Below are positions 12,901-23,600 of a stretch of DNA of 64,000 nucleotides, piece after piece (the stretch's first letter is position 1; each line of letters starts with the position of its first letter). Source of the DNA: Nemertoderma westbladi (lineage: Eukaryota > Animalia > Xenacoelomorpha); assembly GCA_032718475.1 (NCBI GenBank), contig JAUCBJ010008976.1:62001-126000 (forward strand), read 5' to 3'. The notes below the pieces were generated by a model. The model was given only the letters and a program-made list of their open reading frames with translations, was not told the DNA's origin and searched no databases. The translations under genes were made by a program, and so were the position numbers.

Positions 12901-12970
12901 ACAGAAGGCAGATTGATATCCCCACATATGATCACGTCGTCAACGTGATCCTTAAATGTTATTATGTAGT
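9888..12970 (-). mobile_element. 5'-truncated CR1/L2-group LINE inserted in the Polinton left subterminal region
   Basis: (TAA)23 tail at 9888-9956, 3' stem-loop AGGGG-TCGC-CCCCT (~9975-9988), a 24-bp tandem repeat in the 3' UTR (~10170-10380) and the EN-RT ORF. Confidence 0.9.
10404..12935 (-). CDS. LINE ORF2: C-terminal half of APE endonuclease plus reverse transcriptase
   Basis: Motifs IICGDIN, PTRGANTLD, SDHDPV, KSRGPDNIP, YRPISLL, QHGFRK, YLDFQKAFD, QGSLLGP, LADD and KDLGI. The 5' end is truncated. Confidence 0.92.
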   Translation of the reverse strand: MIICGDINLPSVDWESHFSTDNYEKDILYAIDKHNFKQHINFPTRGANTLDVFISLTDNTILNIEIDYNLSRQLQAVEIKSDHDPVLVILNSQCNAAKQTRQPIQSNPLLHYSFCKIDTLKATQICESRPFDEKSYNMTDCEDLVNKWYQWLNNVIDNCVPKRTAHRASQPPWVTQKTSHKLNKLHTLQRKIASKISPTLNLQVKMERLQEEVENDILADQTKYEMQLADTRSMKHLFKYFKSLRRSCSLPPVVQYENRTASTHEDQANLFNEFFHSVFKSPRIPTSDIKPPLNDTNSESLNTTHDYDVSVDTVENILTSLDATKSRGPDNIPPSLFKSLAKVLAPSMSFLFGRLKKKNHFPVAWKHALINPQHKKGSRIKVILYRPISLLAIPGKVFERCIFIPIYEQVRSRLHDAQHGFRKSRSTITQLLTFLDNVYKGTDNGQLTVEVIYLDFQKAFDSVSHESVLRKLWIMGVRGNLWYILRSYLAGRTQSVKVGNAKSTPRSVDSGMAQGSLLGPLFFVVESNDLPEVCHVSIPFLLADDCKLLSVSHVDSIINTQLDIDRLVTWGLEAGLDFNEPKCKQIVFKGDIEARSLYSRTISRVDTEKDLGITITSNLSWTAHIKDKCSKANRTLYLIRRSSSFRLPVQSKLNLYKSMVLPILTYGSPCWFANKTDAHKLESIQRRATIWIIGNDDHTYKERLIILNILPISLYLQLSDQLTLSKIINNKYDIDWSPHLKMKQTNLRRNTRSANRPSFDLTHPLKCISKQNFWFRAPQLANQLPLQTEYFNHVGLKARLLNLFWAHFHQHYDVDITCSWKINCDCTQMNCNLRILNLNNLLT

Positions 12971-13287
12971 CTAGTCTACATTAAATCTAAGTCTAAGTCT
13001 ACATTAGTCTTAGTCAGTTTTACTTTATACATTGATTTTTATTTTAAATTAATTAATTGTATATATTACTTTTACTTTATACATTGATTTTTAATTTTAG
13101 ATTAATTAGTTTTTATATTACCAATGAGATCACTATGACATAATGTCTATTTTTAGCTCTATGGTTTATAGATCCCTTATCGTTAACTTTATAATCTTTC
13201 CTCTCGCGGCCCCTTTGTCTTCGTTATTCAATGGCGCCACTCTGTCTACCATTGAATAACATTGGGCAATCATTATCTCGCCTAATG

Positions 13288-13413
13288 TGACGTCATCAAA
13301 GCTGCTCTCTGATTGGTTTAATTATACAGTCTTTTCTCTCTCCTGTTCCCTGATTGGCTAACCCATTCTAGCCCCCTCTATAATAGCCCCCGTTCACCAC
13401 ATTCCCAATCATT
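13288..13413 (+). promoter_or_regulatory. Putative Pol II promoter of ORF569
   Basis: CRE TGACGTCA (13288), two ATTGG boxes (~13312, ~13353), TATAATA (13379) and a TCATT initiator 30 bp downstream (13409); the ATG is at 13505. Confidence 0.55.
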
Positions 13414-13504
13414 GTCTCTTTGTTTTCCTGAAAAGTTTTAATTATTTTCGTAAAAGTATTTATTTATTTTTATTTCCTAAACGAGTTACCGGTACACAAT
13501 CACG

Positions 13505-15214
13505 ATGGCACATTCAGAAATCAGCTATTCAAGCAACGATCTGGTTTGCAACGAAAATCAGTTTATGCTACAAGACAACTCGTTTGGTCTATATTTCGAT
13601 TCGGCGAACAAACTCTTCCCGTTAACGATAAATACAACCTTAAACCAACCCATCCCGATTCCGGCAAACTACGCGCACTTTATTTTCCGTGCCTGCTACG
13701 AACTTCACGATGGACAATATCAAACCCTCGACGATAATAAACTTCATTCCTCCAACCACGGTTTCAAACTTTTAAAAAGGGACAACAAAATCACGTTCAA
13801 TCTAACTACTTCGCCCGAGACGTTTACGATTCCAACTAGTGTCGTCGATTTTATTCGAGAAAACATCAACCAAGATGTGGCAAATCGTCTACTGGGTTTA
13901 ACCACTCTCGTAACCTCCTTCTTCTCCGATGATCGCTTATTTGATTTTCATAGTATCGCAAACTCGATTCTTCTTCTCATCTGGAACTCGTCGACTCCGA
14001 CCGAGGAAGAGGAGACTCGTTTCTTTAAACTTTTCGACAAGGATGTTCTCGCTTTCGGCGAGAAATTGAATGAGCTCACATGCCTTTACGCCAATAAAGT
14101 CTCCTATTACTTTGGATTCAATTATAGAGTTGGCACCCATGGAAGTATTAACCCACTGAATCCACTCGAGTTAATAAAGCTGGAAGACACTGTAAACAGT
14201 TCATGGATCACATTTTCCGTCGCCTGCGCCATTTTATTTCAACAATATGTAAACATCTGTCGCCCTTTTATTAATCCTACTACTCACCTTGTCCTAAAAC
14301 CGGGCAATTGGGTTGCTTTTGACTATTGCACTTTTGGGTTTGTTACAAATATTCGGAATGAGCGCAATTTAGCGATCACCAATGGCTACAGGGTTGACGA
14401 TGGAAAGGCTATTGTTTCTTCTAGGGGCATGATTCTTCTTACACCAACCGAGGTCGGCGAATTGAAATGGTTCGATTCAACCATCGAGGATAGTGAATGT
14501 GTCTGCTACGATGAACTTAACGTCTACAAAGACAACATTTCCGAGCGAATATCGATACAAAGTTGTATCAGTGATTCAGAAATTGATTTACAGATAACCG
14601 AGAGAAAATTTAACGAATCCTTTACTATAGCTAACACGATTCAAGCGCGCGAGGCTCTAATAAGATTCAAGGCTATGGCTATACAATTTGCTTTCAAACC
14701 AAAGCAGATTACGATCCCCAATCACCAACGCTATCTCATAAATAGCAGTATCGCAGCCTTTATCTATAAGTTCAAATCCGAAAAATATGTTGGTATCTGG
14801 CCCATTTTAATGAAAGACGAAGAGAATACCACTTTTCAGTTCACCAACGGTCTCAATATTAGGGGCAGCGATTTTCTCGCGATAAATATAACCAACCCAC
14901 CCAACTCTCACTACTATCTCAATCCTTACATTCATATCGAGAACAAACCAACAGAAATTATATTCACCAATACGAAAAATACCAACACCATTACCCTATC
15001 CAACGACTTTACCATCGCGCGCCTTTTCGAATTACTAAAACGTTCTCTCAGAGAAGGCATCTTTCTCCCGCAGCAAACACACCTTAATCTATTTCACCCC
15101 CCAAGAAAAGGTTATCTCAACAAACTATTAAAGAGAAAATTATCGCAACCATTAATAGTATCGGACCCTAAAAGGGTTAAACCAGTTATTCTCGGAGGCC
15201 AGCAACCCTATTAA
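13505..15214 (+). CDS. Polinton-encoded 569-aa protein, putative multi-PC4-like (ssDNA-binding) domain protein with a C-terminal NLS-like stretch
   Basis: Intact ATG-to-stop ORF with AATAAA after the stop (~15233). Two segments align by eye to the PC4/Sub1 core. The C-terminus is basic (KRKLS..PKRVK). Confidence 0.7.
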   Translation: MAHSEISYSSNDLVCNENQFMLQDNSFGLYFDSANKLFPLTINTTLNQPIPIPANYAHFIFRACYELHDGQYQTLDDNKLHSSNHGFKLLKRDNKITFNLTTSPETFTIPTSVVDFIRENINQDVANRLLGLTTLVTSFFSDDRLFDFHSIANSILLLIWNSSTPTEEEETRFFKLFDKDVLAFGEKLNELTCLYANKVSYYFGFNYRVGTHGSINPLNPLELIKLEDTVNSSWITFSVACAILFQQYVNICRPFINPTTHLVLKPGNWVAFDYCTFGFVTNIRNERNLAITNGYRVDDGKAIVSSRGMILLTPTEVGELKWFDSTIEDSECVCYDELNVYKDNISERISIQSCISDSEIDLQITERKFNESFTIANTIQAREALIRFKAMAIQFAFKPKQITIPNHQRYLINSSIAAFIYKFKSEKYVGIWPILMKDEENTTFQFTNGLNIRGSDFLAINITNPPNSHYYLNPYIHIENKPTEIIFTNTKNTNTITLSNDFTIARLFELLKRSLREGIFLPQQTHLNLFHPPRKGYLNKLLKRKLSQPLIVSDPKRVKPVILGGQQPY

Positions 15215-17627
15215 TATAAACAGTCTCTATTTAATAAAAACTGTTCTCACTATATCTTTTGTTATTGTTGATGTTCTTATATTATTTATTTTCAATGTTG
15301 TTGGTAAATTATTTATCTGTTGTTGTTATATTATTTAATATTGATGTTGTCGGTAAATTATTTATTCTTGTTTCCCCATAATGTTTAAAAAATATAAGAT
15401 GTTTAACCACTTATTTTTCATTTTTCTCTACTAGTTAATCTATACTATGAGAGCGAGCCATGAAATAAGTGAGTCTCAGCATACCATTAATGACCCCTAC
15501 TGCTTCTTCGTAATCAATTTGAATGTTAACCCCTAAATAAACAGCCAATCCCTATGAATTCTTTACAAACTCGATATGCAAGTTGTTTATCAGAGCTGAA
15601 TTTATTTAAAATATATTATTTAGCGTTTTTGTGATTAATGCTATAAATTATATTCACCAAAATGAAAATATCCACCCTATTACTCTTTCCATCAAGCGAT
15701 GCTTTGTATGTATTGATGGCGAGCAAAGTTTTCAGGGCGACCACCTCTAGGCTGTAAGTATACTGTTCTGCCCTATCATAGACACTCTGTCTTTTAGATG
15801 CTTCACTGTTAATATTAAGCCGTTAGCCATGGCGCCGCTGATAAGCCGCGAGGATATTCAAAGGCTTTGGTTTGATTGTTCGTACTATGGATAGTTCAAT
15901 GAAATCATGAAAGGGAGGGCCGCATGGGTTGATAGTGATAGCCCCTCATCCTTATTTTCCCGAGAAATTCTTAAAGGCGACTATGAATAGAACAATGAAA
16001 CATTAAAGGGAGGACCGCATATGTTGGGAATGATAGCCCTTCAACTGCCTTTTACCCAGATTTGTGTAAGATCGAGGGAGGATGTAGAGGAAAATATACT
16101 CATAGCTTTAATGCCCCATTTGATTAAAGTAGAGCAAATTTAGCTTTCACCTAAGGGTTATCACTCCATGCGACTGCAAAATTTAAAATTCTATCTATGA
16201 TGTATTCGCTATATTTCGTTTGCTGACAATATTTCATCGCGAAATTAAAAGCAGCTGCTATTACTATTATTATAATATATTATCTAAAGTAGTGAGACTG
16301 AGTTGGAACAGATAGGATAATTGCACTTGTTATGTTTTAGATTAGTAGCTTTAATCATAATACTACCGGGCTATAAAATGTTGTACAAACACCGGGGAGG
16401 GTCATAATGACCCTGGTCGGGGATAGGGAATCGAATCTGTGAGAATCTGTATATCCTATTTTGTGTTTACTTTTTATTTTTTCCGTGAAGCGACGGCAAA
16501 AATTTAAAATTTCTGAAAATTTCGCGGATAGAGAATTATAAATATATTTGGTGAGCATAGTGCTACGCGAAGGCTCCATGGCAGATGTATTTTAGCTATG
16601 GACTCGTATATCCATTCTACTCTACTATAGCCAGACTGTCTTTGAGGTGCCCCATTAGCCTTGGCGCCCCTAAATTTGCATGAGGGCCGGCCATGGTCTT
16701 ATATGTAGTTCTCTCTCTAGCAATATAGCCCATGTTCACAATGTTGCGCCGGAGGGGGCTCTCTCATCCACCCGATATAATACATAGCGACACACCGCAC
16801 ACAAAGCCTTTGTCGATCCCAGCAAGTTAGCCTCCTGCTGTGTGATCTTTTATATCCAAATAATCTCTGATGGTTGCGCATAAAAATTTTGCTTACTATT
16901 ACATAATTATATTAGTATTAGGACTATTTATCCTTAATAATTATATTAGAATTATAAATGTATTTACCCCCACATTATTTATTACTATTAGGTCTATTTA
17001 TTCAAGAAATTATATGTTTTTATAATATACTTTGGAAAATTAGTCGACTAAGTCATAATTTTTAAAACTTTAAATACGGGTTGAGTTATTTTATAAAGTT
17101 AAGAAGAATGAACCAATAGAGGGAGCCTGAAGTCTAATCTCTTGGTCTTTACTCACATTAACTCCCAAGGTTGCATACTATCACTATAGCCGGCGGGAGA
17201 GTCAAAGCTAGAGTGTATGCTAGAGTTAACCAAGAGCTAGGAAAAAGAATAATGCTCTTCTAGCGTCCAAACTCACGATCCCTCCAATTAGAGAACTAAG
17301 CAAATGATCAGCTTGAAGGTCTTAGACCCTTAATCGGAGGCATCGAGCAGCCAATGAGAGAGCAGATGCGAGTACAGTGGTAAAGCCCATCCATAGTGAG
17401 ATAGCGTTGCACTAGCTCTCAAGGATAGTTATACTCACCATTCAAATATCCCTCGCAAACCAGATTCCCCCAACATCTAAAGTATTCCACTTCAATGTAA
17501 AATATATAATGCAATATAACTCGAATATTTCTGTTTTTATAATATAAATAATAATTGTAGCATAAATTTATAATTTAATATAAATATAATATGAAAATTC
17601 AATATTATCAAATGACATTGCTATATA

Positions 17628-17934
17628 ATGCATAGCCATGAAAGTTGTTTGGTTTGTAATAAAGAAATGAGACAAGACAATTTATTTCGTCATATGGAAA
17701 CACATAGAAAGGAAAACTAATGGCTCCGTTAGCAAAAAATTTAAAAAATCCGAAGATATTTTTAGTGAATATGAAAAGAAAAAGAGAGATGATCGTGATA
17801 TTTTAAATATAAAACAGCCAATGGAAAATAAATTTCATAAAGTTGTGAATATTTTGAAAGGGATACAAAAACAGTTACCCCTAGAAAATGAGGAAAATTT
17901 GAGTGAGAAAGATGGAGAAGAAGAGGTAAAATAG
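17628..17934 (+). pseudogene. Small C2H2 zinc-finger protein, frameshifted
   Basis: 17628-17720 translates to MHSHESCLVCNKEMRQDNLFRHMETHRKEN. The +1 frame continues open to TAG at 17932 and encodes a charged, acidic tail. Confidence 0.65.
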
Positions 17935-17939
17935 GAAAA

Positions 17940-20040
17940 ACATATGCTCACAGGCTCAATCCCTACTCGTATCCCGTTTTATGGGAATTATTAAAAGTAA
18001 ACACAAAATAGGATAAACAGATGGTCACGGGTTCAATCCCTACTCGCGACCAATATAAAACCAACACAAAATAAGTTAAACATAGAATAACTAGAGTACC
18101 TAAACTAAACACAAAATAGGATAAACAGATGGTCACAGGTTCGATCCCTAGTCGTATCCCGTTTTATGGAAAATAAACAGGAGGTCACGGGTTCAATCCC
18201 TACTCGCGTCCATTATAAAACCAACCCAAAATAAGTTAAACCAGGGTTCGAGTCCTACTTAAAATTAATTATAATTATAATTTATTATATAATTATAAAA
18301 ATAATTATAAAAAGTAGGTAACACGGATGCTCACGGATTCAAACCCTACTCAGGGAAAAATAAAAACCAACACAAAATAAATAATATAGTAAACTTTCAT
18401 GTATACCATAGTAAATAAACTAATTTAATAATAAAGTTTGTAAAATAGATAATGATTCAGGGAATTCACCGGCTGGACACATGGAAACGATTTTATTACT
18501 ATGAAATACACTGAAATATGTACTCACATTAACTCCCAAGGTTGCATACTATAACTATAGCCGGGAGATTCAAAGCTAGAGTGTATGCTAGAGTTATCCA
18601 AGAGCTAGGAAAAAGAATAATGCTCTTCTAGGGTCCAAACTCACATCCCTCCAATTAGAGAACTAAGCAAATGATCAGCTTGAAGGTCTTAGACCCTTAA
18701 TCGGATGAATCGAGCAGCCAATGAGAGAGCAGATGCGAGTACAGTGGTAAAGCCCATCCATAGTGAGATAGCGTTGCACTAGCTCTCAAGGATAGTTATA
18801 CTCACCGTTCAAATATCCCTCGCAAACCAGATTCCCCCCCAACATCTAAAGTAATCCACTTCAATGTAAAATATATAATGCAATATAACTCGAATATTTC
18901 TGTTTTTTATAATATAAATAATAATTGTAGCATAAATTTATAATTTAACATAAATATAATATGAAAATTCACTTTAACTGTTTTTTATAATATAAATAAT
19001 AATTGTAACATAAATTTATAATTTAACACAAATATAATGTGAAAATTCACTTTAACATAGAGTAACTAAACTAAACATAAAATAGGATAAACAGATGGTC
19101 ATACTGTAGGTTCAATCCCTACTCGTGTCCGTTTTATGAAAAAAATATAAAAAGTAAACATAGAATAACTAGAGTACCTAAACTAAACACAAAATAGGAA
19201 AAACAGAAGGTCACGGGCTCAATCCCTACTCGTATCCCGTTTTATGGAAAATAAACAGGAGGTCATAGGTTCAATCCCTACTCGCGACCATTATAAATCC
19301 AACACGAAATAAGTTAAACCAGGGTTCGAATCCTAATCATGAAAATATAAAAAGTAAACATAGAATAACTAGAGTAACTAAACTAAACACAAAATAGGAT
19401 AAACAGATTGTTACGGGTTCAATCCCTACTCGCGACCAATATAAAACCAACACAAAATAAGTTAAACATAGAATAACTAGAGTACCTAAACTAAACATAA
19501 AATAGGATAAACAGGTGGTCACATGTTCGACCCCTTCTCGTATCCCGTTTTATAGAAAAATATAAAAAGTAAACACAAAATAGGATAAACAGATGGTCAC
19601 GGGTTCAATCCCTACTCGCGACCAATATAAAACCAACACAAAATAAGTTAAACATAGAATAACTAGAGTACCTAAACTAAACATAAAATAGGAAAAACAG
19701 AAGGTCACGGGCTCAATCCCTACTCGTATCCCGTTTTATGGAAAATAAACAGGAGGTCATAGGTTCAATCCCTACTCGCGACCATTATAAATCCAACACG
19801 AAATAAGTTAAACCAGGGTTTGAATCCTAATCATGAAAATATAAAAAGTAAACATAGAATAACTAGAGTAACTAAACTAAACATAAATTAGGAAAAACAG
19901 AAGGTCACGGGTTCAATCCCTACTCGCGTCCATTATAAATCCAACACAAAATAGGAAAAACCAGGGTTCGAGTCCTACTAATGCAATTATAAAAAGTAGG
20001 TAACACGGATGGTCACGGATTCAAACCCTACTCACGGAAA
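17940..20040 (+). repeat. Array of ~19 tRNA T-arm/B-box-like motifs (GGTCACGGGTTCAATCCCTACTCG)
   Basis: Two clusters at 17940-18350 and 19080-20040. Units end either ...TCGCGACCA or ...CCCGTTTT. Confidence 0.8.
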
Positions 20041-20101
20041 AATAAAAACCAACACAAAATAAATAATATAGTAAACTTTCATGTATACCATAGTAAATAA
20101 A

Positions 20102-20617
20102 CTAATTTAATAATAAAGTTTGTAAAATAGATAATGATTCAGGGAATTCACCGGCTGGACACATGGAAACGATTTTATTACTATGAAATACACTGAAATA
20201 TGCACATCCTATATATATTCTAATCGCACAAAATAATTCGGGGGTATAGCTAATAAATATTGCTTTATTATTAATTGTATGATGTCCACATTTTTTCATT
20301 AATAATTTAAAATTAACACTTGGAAAAATAATAGTTCGTGTTTCGGTATTAAGTTTCAAATTTTGTAATTGCATCCCGATAGTCTGTTTTAAATAAAGCA
20401 ATTCACTAGCTAAATTATTGCAAAGGCCTACAATTGTTACTGCGCCGCTGGGAAATAGCATTATAGTTGAATCGTCACCTTTGTAGATAAACATGTTTGG
20501 TTTTAAGCAACTTTGACCTGTAATTTGCTGTGAAATTTTCTCTAGTTCAAATTTGGCAATGTTTTTTCCGGTAAACTGTTTATTGGTTATTTCTATTTTG
20601 TTGTTCAATTTCTTATT
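20102..20617 (-). CDS. Divergent TATA-binding protein (TBP)-like protein, no ATG; probably a spliced exon
   Basis: Two TBP half-repeats: ITNKQFTG..FELEKI..TIMLFPSGAVTIVG and LKLNT..ISYTPELFCAI..FSVFHSNKIV. A TTTTTCTAG acceptor lies immediately upstream. Confidence 0.8.
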   Translation of the reverse strand, partial: NKKLNNKIEITNKQFTGKNIAKFELEKISQQITGQSCLKPNMFIYKGDDSTIMLFPSGAVTIVGLCNNLASELLYLKQTIGMQLQNLKLNTETRTIIFPSVNFKLLMKKCGHHTINNKAIFISYTPELFCAIRIYIGCAYFSVFHSNKIVSMCPAGEFPESLSILQTLLLN

Positions 20618-20631
20618 CTAGAAAAATTAAA

Positions 20632-23600
20632 TTAAATTCTAGTAGGGGGGATTACTACTCGTTTCGCCGGTCTAACAAGCTTAGTGCTATAGTGTCCGTA
20701 TGGTTTGCTGCTATATTTACTACTCCAATATGATTTCGTATCCCAGAGCGTTAGTGCCTTCTTATAGACATGACCAGTAAAAATTTGATGCTTTCTAGAA
20801 GTGAAGGTAGAGTTATAGCGGAAGAGCATTGCCTCGTTTTCAAAACAGTCTGCATAATCCTCGTGTGTTAGTTGCTTAGCGACAACCGATCTAGATACAC
20901 CTTTGGCGGTTTTCTTGATTGGGGCATCGTAGGATTGAAAACTGTAGACCTTTGGTTTAAGGAAAACCCACTGTTTATACTGCAAACCGCAGCTCTCATC
21001 TTTTACGAAGCCGAGAGCCGCTTTGTGTTTAATGGTATAGAGTGGATGTGTTGTACTGTAGTTGGAAGTATCTAGGAAACCACCCTCAAACATTGCCCGT
21101 AGAAAGGTTAGCTGTGGTGTATTAGTTACGCTTAGCATTAGAGAATCCGTGTCACCGGCTAGACAGCGAATCTGGCAATCCAGTTTTTGTTCTAGAGGCT
21201 TCAGTTTGTTGTAAAATAGGTCGTACATCTGTAGCTTAGATAGATCTAGTATAGTGCAACCGATGAACACGCCCTGATTTAGGCAAACAGCCTCTTTAGT
21301 GAAAGTATGACCACTCAAGTTGGGGGTAAAGACAACAAACGATTCGTGGTTGGGCTTGGCTAAGAGCAAATCGCATTGTTCGTCGCTATTGCATAACCTG
21401 AAAGAAACGCGGTCTCTAACCTTTTGGAGGCATTTCCCATACAAGGCATTGTTCATCAACTTATAAAATAGGACCTCGAATGGGTTATTTGCCGACTGTC
21501 TTTTATTCGTATTAAAACTAATGTAGTCCTTGAAAATATATTTTTGTGAGAAAGAGTAGACCCTATGTACTTGTGTAAGTTTAAGACCGAGCTTCAAATA
21601 GAGCTGAAGTAGCTTAATATGGATACCGTATTCAACCTTATTAAACTGATGTAGTAGTAGCTTAGTACAGGTATCGTTGTATGGTCTACAGGTAGCCGTA
21701 TCGGTGAGATTGTAATGCTCCCAAAGATCTTCCATGTATTCGCTAAGAAAGGATTTAGGGACTGACATCTTCTCCGCTCCTAGAGGCAGATCGGCGGTCA
21801 AATCATGAATTTCTTTCGGGTAATGTAGATCAACTATGCAATAATAACCAGTGTCCCCACTCGCGTCTACTGTAGCTAGGTCTATGGGGGTAGTTACGAG
21901 TTTAATATTAGCGTAGGGAAGTTTCTGGCTCAGGGCGCAGCCGTAAAGGTTATTCGCATCGATGGGAATTAGATATTTCTCGGGGAGACTGGAGTCGTAG
22001 TCGGGTTTATCGGGAATATTTGCGTCTACAGAATGTGTATTCAAGAAAACTAGACCACCCCTAATATTTGTTTCAAAGTCCGAGTAGATGGAAGCGTCTG
22101 ATAGTAATTGAATTTCTGATTGCGTGAATTTCAGCGCCGCGTCGTAAGTTAATCCAGGGGCAGTGAAGTACATTACGGGCTCGAGTCCATAATTAGTAAG
22201 ACAGAGGGATCGGAACTGCTCGAAAGTATCAGCCAATAGGGTAACGTCTAGAACCAAATAGCCAATCATATAGTCGAAGATTGTTGCGCAGTTTAATTCA
22301 TCCCAAGTAGTAAGCGCGCGCTGATAGTTTTCTGCGCTACATTGTTCCAATTTGAGATCATTATAGAAGCTTTCTATTGGGGGGAGTGTAGTTTCGTGTA
22401 GGTTTGAAATATTTTGAATGTAGGAATATGGGAATACGCCCTTGTTTTTTATTGTGTTATCGCTAATGTTGGGATAGAGTCGGGTCATTTGAGCTAGTGT
22501 ATGGGGTATGGCTGTTGCTAGGTTACTGTTATTTTTAGTGAGATAACTACTAAGATTATCTAGGCTGGCAGTCATAAACTGATAGGAATCTAGAAAATTA
22601 ATGGAGATACTTTCTTTAGCGTTGGCTGTTGGTGTACTCGGATCGATTGGAAAGCTAACTTTAAGGTGAATATAAGTTTCGGTGTTTTTTGGTATTACAG
22701 TCATTTTCCAGTGTGTTCTAGAACTATCGGTCATTCCTTCTTTTAGTAGTAAATGCATATCGAATTTCCTCAAGTTATGAAATATAATATAAAAATTATT
22801 CCGTTTTAGGGAAAGTTTCCTGTTGCAGCTGACGCAAGCAGCCCCTCGATACTCCCCGCTATAATGATCGTGATCGCGGACTTTGGTGCTGAGATTGTCA
22901 TTGAGGTTTAAATTATGAGAATCGGGGGTTAAATTACAGTTGCAGACGTAGCATTGTGTAGCGTTATTAAAGTCAGTTTGTTGGCTAGTAGTGAGTTGCA
23001 TGGGGGCGTGCGTGTTTGTACTAGAAATGGACCAATCGTATAACTCCCTACAATGACTTTCCATAGCGGTTAGAAAGTCGCGCATTACGTGGTTACTGCC
23101 ATCGTCGCGGAAAATTTGAACATCTGTTTTAGGAGGGTTAATTAATTTCTGATTTGGTACTGTATAAAAGGCTGCCGCGCTAGCTATATGTTTCTGTGGG
23201 AGTTTAATATTGTTTGTAGGTTCTAGAATAGTTTCAATGTCGGCGTATATACAGAAAGGTGGGGATAGAGTCTTATCGTACCTATCAAATTTAACCAAGA
23301 GATTTTCGGGCATATACTCGAGCTGGCGTTTACCCGTATAGCAACGCTCTCGATGTTCTTCCAATGATTTGTCAGTGTAAAAGGCTCTGAGACAGCGTTC
23401 GCAGTGCGTCTTGTTGCCGGTAGAAGTAGCTTTTGTATTTATTAATCTATCTATGTTAGTAATAGCTACGTAGTGGGCGGGGTTTTTGCTTGTGGCTTCG
23501 ATAAATAATAAGTTTAGTACAGTTTTACCGGAACAGTGCGCGCTATCTGGTTGACTTAGAATGGAGAGTTCTTCCGTATTACTCCAATAAAGAAGGTTTA

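Larger units (their letters stand above)
17150..20202. repeat. Internal tandem duplication in the Polinton (~17150-18520 vs ~18521-20202)
   Basis: Block 17150-17600 recurs at 18521-18970. The 3' end of the TBP-like gene and its flank (19985-20202) recurs at ~18305-18520. Confidence 0.9.

Noticed and set aside
15300-17150. Expected location of Polinton integrase, ATPase and capsid genes; a short coding-like stretch near 15540-15750
   Set aside because: There is no ORF above ~75 aa and no recognisable DDE, Walker A or jelly-roll motif by eye. A profile search is needed to exclude decayed remnants.
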